Of a stretch of DNA of 63,024 nt, positions 37,201 through 45,975 are shown one piece after another; the first letter of the stretch is position 1, and the number at the start of each line of letters is the position of its first letter. The stretch is from IMG/VR virus record IMGVR_UViG_3300045120_000291, positions 1-63,024 of that record. One strand, 5' to 3'. The DNA comes from a virus. Lineage: Duplodnaviria > Caudoviricetes. The position numbers and the translations under genes were made by a program. A model generated the notes under the pieces. The model was not told where the DNA came from. It did not search any database and was given only the letters and a program-made list of their open reading frames with translations.

Positions 37201-37688
37201 ATCAGGGTCCAATTCCTGGAACAGATAATGCCTTGTGGGAATGGAGTCACCGTGATCGTAAACTACAAGTCGGTGGAGATTTTGTCGACTACGAGGATGG
37301 TAATATCGGCCCAGAAGCGGGGCAGACTTACGACTTGTATTTTTATGGGGAAGGCTTAACAATCCTAAGAACGATTACAGGGTTGACTTCCGACTCTTAC
37401 GAGTACACTGAACAGGATGAAAAAGTCGATTCGGCAATTCCATATGAATACGCCGGTTATGGCTGGGATTACGGGAACGACTACGGTATTGCTTCTCGAC
37501 GTAACGGGTTCCTGAATTGGTATTTCAACACGGTGAGAGATGGTGTCGATACTTGGTGGGGACAGTTAGGCGGAAGCATTACCCGTCAAGGTTACGGTTT
37601 CAGATACGGATATTTCTACGGCGGTTATAATCTGGGTGATTATGGCTGGGGCAATAACTACGGCAATTTCTACGGAGGTGTACCATGA
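34197..37688 (+). CDS. Tail tip / central fibre protein with inserted Asp-box domain
   Basis: GGSKKQTIGY, LFGG.K.EGG, DMNPAHIIRECL....WGMG, W.HRDR; Tyr/Gly-rich C-terminus. Confidence 0.9.
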   Translation: MGGSKKQTIGYRIFLGVHAVLTHGPIDKITRLQFDKKTAWEGDCAKGSIVVSAENLFGGDKKEGGVSGVVDFLPGEPTQKRNAYLQGQLGEAIPAYRGVASLVYRGGQGSVSTNTEGDAFTDFFSRIHQLKVSITSSSFYWGMNPYLKNVSARLVRIHTTTDGATQWYDEKAEVPPCSDTEIRPFWLTAGDGASSYSTVIYRAKSTFDGWEPVTGTTKTGSFTAMKSVYDMLFCGKAVVMQHFHAIGRDDAHDVITNLEPNATVPSPQTILYTLNAGLKKDFNDSLVAYGPGMITTDGGLTLQAMAQPVGIFSRNELQAVVRTGSRRWLGNGFSSAVVGGTHWCYTDEEVPTTWIYAGNLPGIGGSSYAGSYPSTLDASPTAVVAVGDGSNAVYRTGNTGLAFSIVQNLTGGQQPSIVKWLVDGHWVISTFDQFDVTGVGDRIWYSDDDGYSWNESTGSTVIAAGSHLSISFAKGILFIGAENYSTHVTKLWKSLDYGRTFTEITLPANFLSAVGEAGFEAMPLITYAPPPGHSGDMNPAHIIRECLVNPDWGMGYQELDIDDVSFAAAADTLYDEQMGISILWDKQMTIEEFVGEIIRHITAALYVSRDTGLFTLKLIRDDYDVDTIPVLDEDDIDKIDDYQYKAFGEGVNSVTVNFWDKSVNSTGSITEQDTALVQMQLAVIGTTIQYPGFTNVCIASRVALRDVNVLSTPLRSCTIYADRDGKDLNIGGVVAVNWSDYSPDPIIFRIMGLALGDGKSNKVRLTVIQDVFSLSDAGTTSAPPTIPPASTVPVPVINQYIDEAPYYELVQRQPQAVVDATLESAPQTGFLLATAERPSAPSINAELWADAGSGYSESDGTVDFCPSATLDHSVRHLDTVFVVTPGADFDQIEIGMYGEIDYELIGIVDKSPTTLTVRRGMFDTNPNPHSAGTKILIFSDHNAVSSTEYVEGETVSGKILPVTTSATLDIGDATAVDVYMYSRAWRPYLPGNFRVNGVFYAYQGPIPGTDNALWEWSHRDRKLQVGGDFVDYEDGNIGPEAGQTYDLYFYGEGLTILRTITGLTSDSYEYTEQDEKVDSAIPYEYAGYGWDYGNDYGIASRRNGFLNWYFNTVRDGVDTWWGQLGGSITRQGYGFRYGYFYGGYNLGDYGWGNNYGNFYGGVP

Positions 37689-38047
37689 GTTCTGTGACTG
37701 GTCCGCGTTGCGGCATACAATCCAACTGGGCGCTGGGCGAGTCTGGTTGGAACACTGGCATGGATGCCAATATGAAGTTCCTCGACAACTTCGGCGTCCA
37801 TTTGTCCATCAAAGACAGAGACCTCGCAAGCCCTCCAGGGTCTCCGACGAACGGCGATACTTACATCATCGCTGCGAGCCCGGCGGGCGGTTGGGCAGCA
37901 AGAACGGCAGGTGACCTCGCAATGTGGTCATCTTTCGACGGTGCCTGGCGTTACCAGACCCCTCGCAAGGGTTATCTGGCCTACGTTGAGGACGAGCAGG
38001 TTCTGACCGTTTTCAAGACGGCTTGGTCAGCTGGCGTTGCGATCTAA
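37685..38047 (+). CDS. DUF2793-like tail-associated protein
   Basis: W..GESGW...MD.N, PP.SP..GD.YI, W....P..G..AYV.DE. Confidence 0.75.
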   Translation: MSSVTGPRCGIQSNWALGESGWNTGMDANMKFLDNFGVHLSIKDRDLASPPGSPTNGDTYIIAASPAGGWAARTAGDLAMWSSFDGAWRYQTPRKGYLAYVEDEQVLTVFKTAWSAGVAI

Positions 38048-38724
38048 GTCAACTGGCGGCGATCTTCGTGCATGGGGCGATGCAGACTAAAGTCCTTAGC
38101 TGCATCCTTCCCCTTGCCGTGGATGCTTTCGTAGACCCCGCCTGAAGTATTAGTCTTCGTCTTTTTAAGGCCAGTGCCTGTGTATTTGGCCTTGACAAGC
38201 GCATCGGTGGATGCTTGTTCGATCTCGGTGAAACTGATCGCGTCAACCTTTTCAGCTACCTCGTCGAGCCAGCCTACTTGAAAGCTGGTTCGAGCTTGCT
38301 TTTGACCACGCAGACGAGGATGCGTAGCTAAGAATTCACGCCAGGCGCCTTCCATCGCTCGATAGACAACAACGTGAGCGTAAGCTGCCATCTGTACCCG
38401 GTGCGACGGTCCGAAATAGCGAACGCGCCAGGATATGTCGCTAATTCCAATTCGATCTTCGAATACAACATCGACGCCGAAGGCCGACGTTATTAGGCCA
38501 ACAAGTACAGATAAGACGATAGGAACCTTCTTACCTTTCTGAATAGGTACGTCGACTGCGATATCGCTGTACCCGAGCAGGTCGAGGTCTGCTTGCGTTA
38601 TTCCGTGCGCTTCCATCAGCTTCTGCGCCTGCCTCAAGGCAGTTGCAGCCTCGTTTGCATTCGCACTCTTGCTGAGACGCAGACACTTCTGGATCTTTTC
38701 GAAGATCTTGGTCTTATCGTCCAT
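38044..38724 (-). CDS. DUF2786-domain protein
   Basis: KIQKCLRLSKSANANEAATALRQAQKLM. Confidence 0.85.
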   Translation of the reverse strand: MDDKTKIFEKIQKCLRLSKSANANEAATALRQAQKLMEAHGITQADLDLLGYSDIAVDVPIQKGKKVPIVLSVLVGLITSAFGVDVVFEDRIGISDISWRVRYFGPSHRVQMAAYAHVVVYRAMEGAWREFLATHPRLRGQKQARTSFQVGWLDEVAEKVDAISFTEIEQASTDALVKAKYTGTGLKKTKTNTSGGVYESIHGKGKDAAKDFSLHRPMHEDRRQLT

Positions 38725-38920
38725 TTCGTTCTTCCTCGATGATATTGCGCACTTGCTCGAAGAGGGTGCTAAAGAACTCGGCGCCCTCTTTTAATGAGTC
38801 TCGCATTTGCTGATCGCAAGACTTACAATTCGCGAGTGAATTGTAACGGTCCATCATTACACTTCGGGCTTTCATAAAGTGAATGAGCGCCTTTCCCGGG
38901 TTTTCTACAGAGAGCTGCAT
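38714..38920 (-). CDS. Hypothetical protein
   Basis: AAGGT SD, start MQLSVENP; overlaps the next gene. Confidence 0.5.
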   Translation of the reverse strand: MQLSVENPGKALIHFMKARSVMMDRYNSLANCKSCDQQMRDSLKEGAEFFSTLFEQVRNIIEEERNGR

Positions 38921-39053
38921 GGTGTTACCTTGTTTGACTGCTGTTTGTGGCCCCTCTTTACCGGGTAGCTGTACGCAACCCCCCGGCCCCGCTACCCCTA
39001 CAGCGGGTAGACTATCAAAACGCTTATACGCGCATACAGCCCTATCACCTCTG

Positions 39054-41051
39054 CTAGTTGTACGCGATATCCTGTAACATCTTCTCTGCTTCTTTGATAT
39101 ACCATTGATAGTCAATATCCAGCGGCAGCGTATCAGGCAAATCCATTAGCGGTTTCGCTCCATCTGAACGAGGAACTTTGTTGCCTGACGACGCATATAC
39201 CATCTCACCTTCGGCTTTTTCGGCATAGTACCAGCGGATTGACTTACCGAGGTAAATTCCATCTTTTACTGCACCGCCCTTTACAGTTCGTACACTAACA
39301 AACTTACGAATATCATTGCAAGTGCTGATGGTCGTTGCCAATGGGACTTTTTGGACGAGGAACTTCTCAATCGCTTCGACGCAGATGGTGTTGGTGGGAT
39401 TCTTGTGCAGCCACATTGACCGATCGCTATCGTCGTTCCAGGGATTCGCGTAGGCCCCCTTCGTCTTAGTTTTACCGTCAGTTTTGACAGCAATGTAGTT
39501 ATTGACGTCTTTGCTGTAGAGAGCAGAGTATTGGACGCATTCCATATCGAAGCGTGTGTCGATTTCCCATTGCTTGATGATTGCTTCCATACGCAACTTC
39601 AATCGCTTGTGGCATTTGATTACAATGCCGTCCGTGTTTGCGCTGACCACATGGATGTCGGCAATCTCTAGTCGCTCAATCAACAGAAGCAACGAAAGCT
39701 GGCCGGTAATGGTGACCTGGATCAGCAAGTCTGGCGCATACAGGTTCGACCATTTAGAACCGAGCTTGCCGAACGAACCGTTCAGCACAATCTTGAATCC
39801 GTTGGCAAAGACCTTGCGACCTGCTTTCTTGGCTGCAACACGCGCATCGAATGCGATGCGGTACACGCGCAGGAAATTCGGTCCCATGTGATAGGGATAC
39901 AGGCCTTGGTTCAGAATGATCTTAGGATAGAACGAGGTTACGTCATAGTCCCATAGCTCGTATTCGTCATCCGCCACATGCGAGACACACTTCTCACAAC
40001 TATGCAGTCCGCCAATTCCCATCTGGTATTCGCGACCAGCGATGCCTAATTTTAGGTCTGCAATCTCTGGGGGCATCTCAATTGAGCCATGATCTGCAAC
40101 GATAAACGCTGCATTCTTAATGACATTGAATGCGTACTGAAGTGTATCCGAACTGTACTGCAGAAACGCGGGGGCCCGGTAGCGGTACAGGGTGCCAGGC
40201 ATTATAAGCGGGCGGGCGACTCGCTTCCCATTCAGTGCAGCGACTTCATTCGTGAAGACAGTTTCTGCAATCTGAGCATCTGATTTAGAACGTAGGTCGA
40301 CGCCATACTGCTGGCTGAGGGTCTCTCGAAGCTTAATTTGCTCATCGAGCCCGTTATACAAGTCCCGGGTGGCTTTTAAGTCACTGTTGACGTTATACCA
40401 GCGAGTGATCGCAATCTGTTGAGCAGAGAGCTTTTTACCGGGTAGGAATGGGAGATCCTGCATTCGTCGTGAATGTAGGCGACCAGCATAGATTTTCAAC
40501 GAAGCTCGAAGCGGAGCGATCTCGATCAAGTCAATGTGGTCAACCTTTAACGGCTTCACTTTGTAACCCTTCAACACGTCGCGAGGGTTTTCACCGCGAA
40601 CGATTATTGCATGCGCAGCATCTTCAAGAAGGTGAAGAGGATACCCTGCCAGCGCTAGTGCAGTAATCACAATATCGAAGTTGATGCTATTGAAACCGAC
40701 AATCGTGAATGTCGTTAAGATCCATTCGAGTTTTTTAACATCGAGGGGTAGATCTGGTGTCGCTTCGATATAGACAATCTTGCCTGTATTCAGAGACAAG
40801 AAGGCTGCGAGGAAGTAGTTCGGGTAGACTTCGATATCGAATAGGAATCGGTCTTTCTTTGGATTGATTGCATGTTCGATCAGTTCCTGGTCGGTAAACA
40901 CAGGAATATCGAAGTTAAGTGCTTCTTGCAAGCCTGGCAGATAATCATCTGCAAGCCAGACAGGTGCGGGAGGGGTTCGTTTGACTTTCTGTTTCAGAAC
41001 CTTGACAACTGGTTCGTCTCTCCAGAACATTCCTAGAGCATCACGACGCAT
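39054..41051 (-). CDS. DNA polymerase, family B-like, with 3'-5' exonuclease
   Basis: FDIE, GFNS..FD exonuclease motifs; YDVTSFYP, K..LNG.FGK, SANTDG polymerase motifs. Confidence 0.9.
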   Translation of the reverse strand: MRRDALGMFWRDEPVVKVLKQKVKRTPPAPVWLADDYLPGLQEALNFDIPVFTDQELIEHAINPKKDRFLFDIEVYPNYFLAAFLSLNTGKIVYIEATPDLPLDVKKLEWILTTFTIVGFNSINFDIVITALALAGYPLHLLEDAAHAIIVRGENPRDVLKGYKVKPLKVDHIDLIEIAPLRASLKIYAGRLHSRRMQDLPFLPGKKLSAQQIAITRWYNVNSDLKATRDLYNGLDEQIKLRETLSQQYGVDLRSKSDAQIAETVFTNEVAALNGKRVARPLIMPGTLYRYRAPAFLQYSSDTLQYAFNVIKNAAFIVADHGSIEMPPEIADLKLGIAGREYQMGIGGLHSCEKCVSHVADDEYELWDYDVTSFYPKIILNQGLYPYHMGPNFLRVYRIAFDARVAAKKAGRKVFANGFKIVLNGSFGKLGSKWSNLYAPDLLIQVTITGQLSLLLLIERLEIADIHVVSANTDGIVIKCHKRLKLRMEAIIKQWEIDTRFDMECVQYSALYSKDVNNYIAVKTDGKTKTKGAYANPWNDDSDRSMWLHKNPTNTICVEAIEKFLVQKVPLATTISTCNDIRKFVSVRTVKGGAVKDGIYLGKSIRWYYAEKAEGEMVYASSGNKVPRSDGAKPLMDLPDTLPLDIDYQWYIKEAEKMLQDIAYN

Positions 41052-41096
41052 TGTATTTCCTTAGAGGCCTATCCCGGGCCGTAGCGGGTAGAACGA

Positions 41097-42059
41097 TTAC
41101 GGTTCAGTTGAGGGTGGATGCATTCCTATAATTGCGCCGCGCAAGTTTTCACCAAAGAAGAGGCAGGGTTGTCTGTTGAAGTCTGCCGAGGTTGCTGTAC
41201 CTTCAAGGAGTTGCAGCATTTCGATATTGTAGATTGAATTCTGGTGAACCCAGGCTAGTTCGTAGACTGCTCCTTCAGATGAGTCTTGGTGCGTCCGCAA
41301 ACCTTCTTCAGAAATGAAGACGCGGCCGAATTTGTCGCAGAAGGGTCGTAAGTTCTCGAGACCTGCATACAAACCCTCTGGAACTGGTTCCGGGTTAGAT
41401 TCGATGTTCAGAACTCTGCCCAAGTCAGCCCACTTCGTTTCAAATAGCTGACTGCGGATCCATCGACCATCGCTGTAGTGAAAGGTGATCGAATTTTCAC
41501 AGACCTGTGCATGCGTAGGTGGCTCGTTGATGCGCACCATTTCTGCGATCGCTGCTCGAGGTATGTTGACCACACAAGGGAACTCGACGCCAATCCAGTA
41601 TTGCACGAGGCAGACGTTGTTTGTCGCATAGGCGCTCTGATCGCGCAGCAGAACTCCATTCGTCCAGGGGCGCGAGGCATCGTTGCCGATGAATGGTTGC
41701 ACTGCGATGATTGCATCGAGCAGTTTCTGACCATCGAAATTGATTATTTCACCTTCAGGCTGCACATGCGAGTCAGTATCGGATACACACTCAATGAAGG
41801 CTTTGAATGCGCCGCTCTTGATACTCAAACGGCCAGCTGGGGTCATCGATAGCGAAATGGTGTCTGAACAGCGGCTGATCGCTTGCACCATCGGAATCGC
41901 TTTCGGTTTGCAATTGATATCGCAAGTGAGCGGACTAGACATCGCCACCGTGCCGTTGAACGAACGCACAGTTCCATTTTCAATTGCGAAATGAGTGATC
42001 GCTGGTATGAAGTCTTTCTTAGCGACTGCACCTTGGACGAACTTCAGCTCTTTAAGCAT
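41097..42059 (-). CDS. DNA polymerase sliding clamp (beta-subunit-like)
   Basis: LKFVQGAVAKK..IP.IT, D.SRP..NGV, ATN and G.I.GM motifs; next to the polymerase. Confidence 0.75.
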   Translation of the reverse strand: MLKELKFVQGAVAKKDFIPAITHFAIENGTVRSFNGTVAMSSPLTCDINCKPKAIPMVQAISRCSDTISLSMTPAGRLSIKSGAFKAFIECVSDTDSHVQPEGEIINFDGQKLLDAIIAVQPFIGNDASRPWTNGVLLRDQSAYATNNVCLVQYWIGVEFPCVVNIPRAAIAEMVRINEPPTHAQVCENSITFHYSDGRWIRSQLFETKWADLGRVLNIESNPEPVPEGLYAGLENLRPFCDKFGRVFISEEGLRTHQDSSEGAVYELAWVHQNSIYNIEMLQLLEGTATSADFNRQPCLFFGENLRGAIIGMHPPSTEP

Positions 42060-42252
42060 TTCCTCGACTCCTTGCGCATTCAGCGTTTGCAGCTTCAATG
42101 ATGGGTTGCAGCTTATGGACCCATTCGTATTTGACTTGTAGAACAGTCATTTCTTCCCCAGGAAACTCTTTGTATTGATAGCCTGCCTCATCGAGATGTT
42201 TCTTGAAGATTTCAAGTTTCCATGGGTCGATGCAAACGCCAGCGGTTTTCAT
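42052..42252 (-). CDS. Hypothetical protein
   Basis: TGATG overlap with the dpdA stop; AGGAG SD. Confidence 0.6.
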   Translation of the reverse strand: MKTAGVCIDPWKLEIFKKHLDEAGYQYKEFPGEEMTVLQVKYEWVHKLQPIIEAANAECARSRGNA

Positions 42253-43172
42253 CAGAATAGCTCCTGCAGGCCAACGCGAAAGATCTCGTTCTTGTTGAGA
42301 TTCATCATTGCGTTGATAACTCCGTAAGCCCAGAGGTTATACGCTGCGCGGGATTCGTAAATGGTAGCGAGTCGCTCAAGCGTGAACCCTTGCTTCTCCA
42401 GCATCTGCAGAACGTAGTCCTGCTCGATTGCTGACAGTGTAGTTATATGTTGCCCCGCGTCATGTCGAGAGGGGGACTTCTCAGATATATTGAGCGGCCC
42501 ATGCTCAGGGGACACAATAGAGCCGAAAGCTGCGGTCTGAATCCAAGAAGACGAGTCACATGAATACCACGGATAACGCTCCATGATAGGTATTGCAGTG
42601 ATGCCGAATCCATGGACCTTAACCTTTGCTCGACCTGATCCATCGACAAGGTATCTATCCCACATTCTATCGAGCCAGATGCAGAGCTGCTTTGTAGAAC
42701 TTCCCACCATACCGCCCAAAGTGATGTAAGGGTAATTGGCGACATAATGTTCAAGGTATCGTTCATCCTCGCCTGCATGGAAACACGGTAGAGGCCTAAC
42801 GCCGCGGAGCTCCATCTCGTATTGGTTTCTCCAAGTTTGTAGAGGATCTCCAATTCCGTCCAGAACCGAAGCCATAGCAATGCCATCTTCTTTGCGGATA
42901 ATGTCACTATTGCGCTGGATGTACTCACAATAATCACTCACCTTGAGATCGACGCCAAGTGTGAACGCCGAGAATGCGCCACTGTCCAAAAAGATTGAAG
43001 CATTGTCTGCGCGCATTTCGTCGACGTATTTCTGCTTGCCGACATAATGCCAACTTTCAAGGATGTGTGGAAGGTTCTGGACCAGAGACTTTTCATGGTC
43101 ATTGAGTTTGACGTACCTGTTCTGCCCAGGTTTGTAGTTATTAGAGTAAACGGCAGCAAGAAAGATGTTCAG
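42252..43172 (-). CDS. dpdA: DpdA, DNA 7-deazaguanine transglycosylase (TGT-like); probable CTG start
   Basis: FLDSGAFS, P.FH.GE, LGGMV, VHGFG and PWYS.DSSSW motifs. The frame is open 52 codons upstream of the ATG at 43016, to a CTG overlapping the upstream TGA. Confidence 0.88.
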   Translation of the reverse strand: MNIFLAAVYSNNYKPGQNRYVKLNDHEKSLVQNLPHILESWHYVGKQKYVDEMRADNASIFLDSGAFSAFTLGVDLKVSDYCEYIQRNSDIIRKEDGIAMASVLDGIGDPLQTWRNQYEMELRGVRPLPCFHAGEDERYLEHYVANYPYITLGGMVGSSTKQLCIWLDRMWDRYLVDGSGRAKVKVHGFGITAIPIMERYPWYSCDSSSWIQTAAFGSIVSPEHGPLNISEKSPSRHDAGQHITTLSAIEQDYVLQMLEKQGFTLERLATIYESRAAYNLWAYGVINAMMNLNKNEIFRVGLQELF

Positions 43173-43417
43173 AGGTGTTCTTCCGTAATCTTGCGGTCAG
43201 GAGTTTTCCGAGAGTTATATTCCCAAACGAGTTCTTTGGCATTAACACGCTTCTCCCAGCCAGGCAAGAAGATTACATGAAACTCGGTCAGACCTTTGAA
43301 GATTTGTGGATTATCGATTACTCGAGTGCGTTGCGGGTCAAGTCCGCGTTTCGCCCAGTTCTCTTTGAGCCACGTGCGCCCGTGCATCCAATCTCGACCT
43401 ACGATTAAAGTCAGCAT
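43169..43417 (-). CDS. Hypothetical protein inside the modification operon
   Basis: GGAGGTG SD, start MLTLIVGR. Confidence 0.6.
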   Translation of the reverse strand: MLTLIVGRDWMHGRTWLKENWAKRGLDPQRTRVIDNPQIFKGLTEFHVIFLPGWEKRVNAKELVWEYNSRKTPDRKITEEHL

Positions 43418-43455
43418 AAGGCGCACCTCCAAAAGCTATTGTACCATAACCCCCG

Positions 43456-44124
43456 TTATCGTGCAAGCTCCATGAACTCAGCGCGAGCAGAAACTTCACT
43501 CAGAAGAACGCCTCGCAACGCACTGGTGATCGTCATATGCCCCTGCTGGCAGATGCCACGTGACTCCATGCACATATGACGCGCCTTAATCATAACGCCG
43601 ACGCCTTTCGGCTTCAAAGTTGTTTCGATACAGTCAGCGATCTGTGCAGTCAGTCGTTCTTGGACTTGAAGGCGCCGAGCAAACGCATCAGCAACCCTAG
43701 AAAGCTTCGAGAGGCCGACAATCTTGCCGTTCGGAATGTACGCGATTGTCGCAGTGCCGAAGATCGGGGCAAGATGATGTTCGCAATGCGAATAGATTGG
43801 GATATCCCGGACCATGACCATCTGGTCATATTTCTCTCCTCCGTCTTCGAATTCTTTCATCAGCGTTGCAGGCTCAATAGCGTAACCTCCGAACCAGTGC
43901 GTGAACGCTTTCGCAACTCTGTTTGGCGTATCTTGCAGCCCTTCGCGTAAATCATGTTCGTTGCCGGGTTCAATTAACCTCAACAACTTGTCGATATGCA
44001 CAGCTTTTGGGCCGTGGAGAGGTGTGAATTTTCTTGGTTCGGCCTGATTTTTGACATATTCGAATCCGTTCCAGACAAGGTCAGGATTGAAAGGGTCTGG
44101 TGCACCGATTTGGGGACTGCCCAT
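43456..44124 (-). CDS. folE: GTP cyclohydrolase I
   Basis: REGL.DTP.RVAK, SHCEHHLAP, GLSKL.R, RRLQVQERLT and H.CM..RG motifs. Confidence 0.97.
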   Translation of the reverse strand: MGSPQIGAPDPFNPDLVWNGFEYVKNQAEPRKFTPLHGPKAVHIDKLLRLIEPGNEHDLREGLQDTPNRVAKAFTHWFGGYAIEPATLMKEFEDGGEKYDQMVMVRDIPIYSHCEHHLAPIFGTATIAYIPNGKIVGLSKLSRVADAFARRLQVQERLTAQIADCIETTLKPKGVGVMIKARHMCMESRGICQQGHMTITSALRGVLLSEVSARAEFMELAR

Positions 44125-44558
44125 TACTCCACCTCGTACGTGGCAGCGCATTTGCGAGTTTCTTCAACTTCGCAATGTTTCAGATAGACACCCGTATTGC
44201 CAAGCAATTCAGGCCCGACTACTTCGACCAGATACATGGCAATGTTTTCTGCCGTCGGGTTGAAGGAAACTATGACCACAGTGGGGTCGAGTAGCTTCAC
44301 GCATTCAGCTAGAGGGTCTTTCTCCCACATGAGCATCTTGTGGTCCCAGTTGTCCTCGAGCCACATGCAGAGCTTTTGTTTGATAACTGAAAAGTCAATT
44401 ACCCGGCCGACGTTGTCGAGTTCTTCATCTGTCTTAAAAGCTGCGCAAGTGAAGAAGATGCGGTAATTGTGCCCGTGAAGGTTGGCGCATTTACCCTCGT
44501 GGCCGTGGACTCGATGTCCACAGCTTATGTCATGGTATCGCTTTGCTGTCCAGCTCAT
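44124..44558 (-). CDS. queD: 6-carboxytetrahydropterin synthase
   Basis: GHR, C..LHGHNY, IDF, WDH, PTAENIA and V.ET motifs. Confidence 0.95.
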   Translation of the reverse strand: MSWTAKRYHDISCGHRVHGHEGKCANLHGHNYRIFFTCAAFKTDEELDNVGRVIDFSVIKQKLCMWLEDNWDHKMLMWEKDPLAECVKLLDPTVVIVSFNPTAENIAMYLVEVVGPELLGNTGVYLKHCEVEETRKCAATYEVE

Positions 44559-45972
44559 GCTGTTCCTCGTCGAGGTAGGTTATTACTTCAGGAATGTTGT
44601 TGATTCGAAACGCTGTACGCCGCATAAAACAAGGTCCGCAGGTGCCACAGTGCTGGGAGCCTGCGCGGTAGCAGCTCCAAGTCAGATCAAGGGGAGCGCC
44701 AAGCGCCATTCCGTAGGCGACAATCTCGTGTTTCATCATGTTGCCGACCGGCATCATCACATTGATTGACTTTCCATCCGCTACCGCGAAAGGAAGCATG
44801 TCATTAAAGCGGGAGATGAACTCTGGTTCGTTATCGGGATAAGCCCCTGCTTCTTCGAGGTTGTTCCCTAGCACAATCGTTCCGAACCCATTCGCTTCCG
44901 CGTAAGCAGTAGCAACGCTGAGAAGCAACAGATTTCGAGCAGGAACCCATTCGTAAGCGAACTCGGCGCCTGCTTCCCCGCCTGCAACCTTGCTGTCTGA
45001 GTCAAGTAGTGGGGAATCCCCCTTCTTGTAGATGGGCAACGGGAACAGGGTCACTTTGACACCCATGCGTTCTCCGACATCCATTACCGCCTTTATTTCA
45101 GGGTCTTCTGCGCGGCTGCCGTACATGAAATGGATTAACTCGATTGACTCGAATCGTTCCTTTGCTGCCGCAGCAGACACAACACTATCCAATCCGCCGC
45201 TGCAGACGACCAGTGCTTTCGCTGGCGCTAAACGCCGAAGGCGTCGAAGCCTCTTGTGGATTTCTCCGTCTTCGGTGATCGTGAACGACCCGTATGAATA
45301 CGGTGTAATCATCTGCGGATTATCGACGGGAATGTAGTGCCTGGCACTAGCAAAGACAACCATACGATTATCTTGATGATACCAGATTGGTCTGTAGTTG
45401 CAAGCGAAGTAGATTTTATTCGGTTGCGAATCGTGGACCGCGAGGATAGCGAAACTGCCTTTCAATAACTTGACCGCAGTCGAAAAAACTTTCTCAAAGT
45501 CGACTTCGTTATAGGCGCGAAAATTGACTGCCTTTAACGATTCGGATTCAAGTAGTTCCAGGATTGCGGCACTGTCGATATTCGTATCGAGTGCGTGAGT
45601 GCGCAATTCTTTGTCGTTGGCGATGGTGCCGTTATGAACGATGCCCCAGCCGTCTGGACGAAGCCTATACGGTTGCTGATCCTGCTCGCGCTTGTCTTTG
45701 ACGTATTCGGTCGTCGGTTCGGCGCGCAGGTTCGCGATGAAAGACAGGTTGCCACGTCGGCGAGTAAAGAATTCATTGTAGAACTGTAGGGATTTGATAT
45801 TCCCTGGATGCTTTTCAATCTGTCTGTGCGCTTCGGAGGCTGCTTCGTACCCGAACCCGTCCCGCCCTCGCTCCGTGCTGCGTTCGCAAATCGAATACAA
45901 CATCTGATTGAAGTCTTTCACATGCGAATCGTGACGAGCATTCACATAAATAGCGCCAATGATTGCGCACAT
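44530..45972 (-). CDS. queC: Gat-QueC: class II glutamine amidotransferase fused to 7-cyano-7-deazaguanine synthase
   Basis: N-terminal MC (Ntn Cys), RGRDG.G, HNGTI.N; SGGLDS, VPARN, YPD, TWSCY...HCG.C..C..R. Confidence 0.95.
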   Translation of the reverse strand: MCAIIGAIYVNARHDSHVKDFNQMLYSICERSTERGRDGFGYEAASEAHRQIEKHPGNIKSLQFYNEFFTRRRGNLSFIANLRAEPTTEYVKDKREQDQQPYRLRPDGWGIVHNGTIANDKELRTHALDTNIDSAAILELLESESLKAVNFRAYNEVDFEKVFSTAVKLLKGSFAILAVHDSQPNKIYFACNYRPIWYHQDNRMVVFASARHYIPVDNPQMITPYSYGSFTITEDGEIHKRLRRLRRLAPAKALVVCSGGLDSVVSAAAAKERFESIELIHFMYGSRAEDPEIKAVMDVGERMGVKVTLFPLPIYKKGDSPLLDSDSKVAGGEAGAEFAYEWVPARNLLLLSVATAYAEANGFGTIVLGNNLEEAGAYPDNEPEFISRFNDMLPFAVADGKSINVMMPVGNMMKHEIVAYGMALGAPLDLTWSCYRAGSQHCGTCGPCFMRRTAFRINNIPEVITYLDEEQHELDSKAIP

Positions 45973-45975
45973 GGG

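Noticed and set aside
42938-43159. Separate 73-aa ORF suggesting a split dpdA
   Set aside because: The dpdA frame itself is open across this interval and gives the more plausible sequence.
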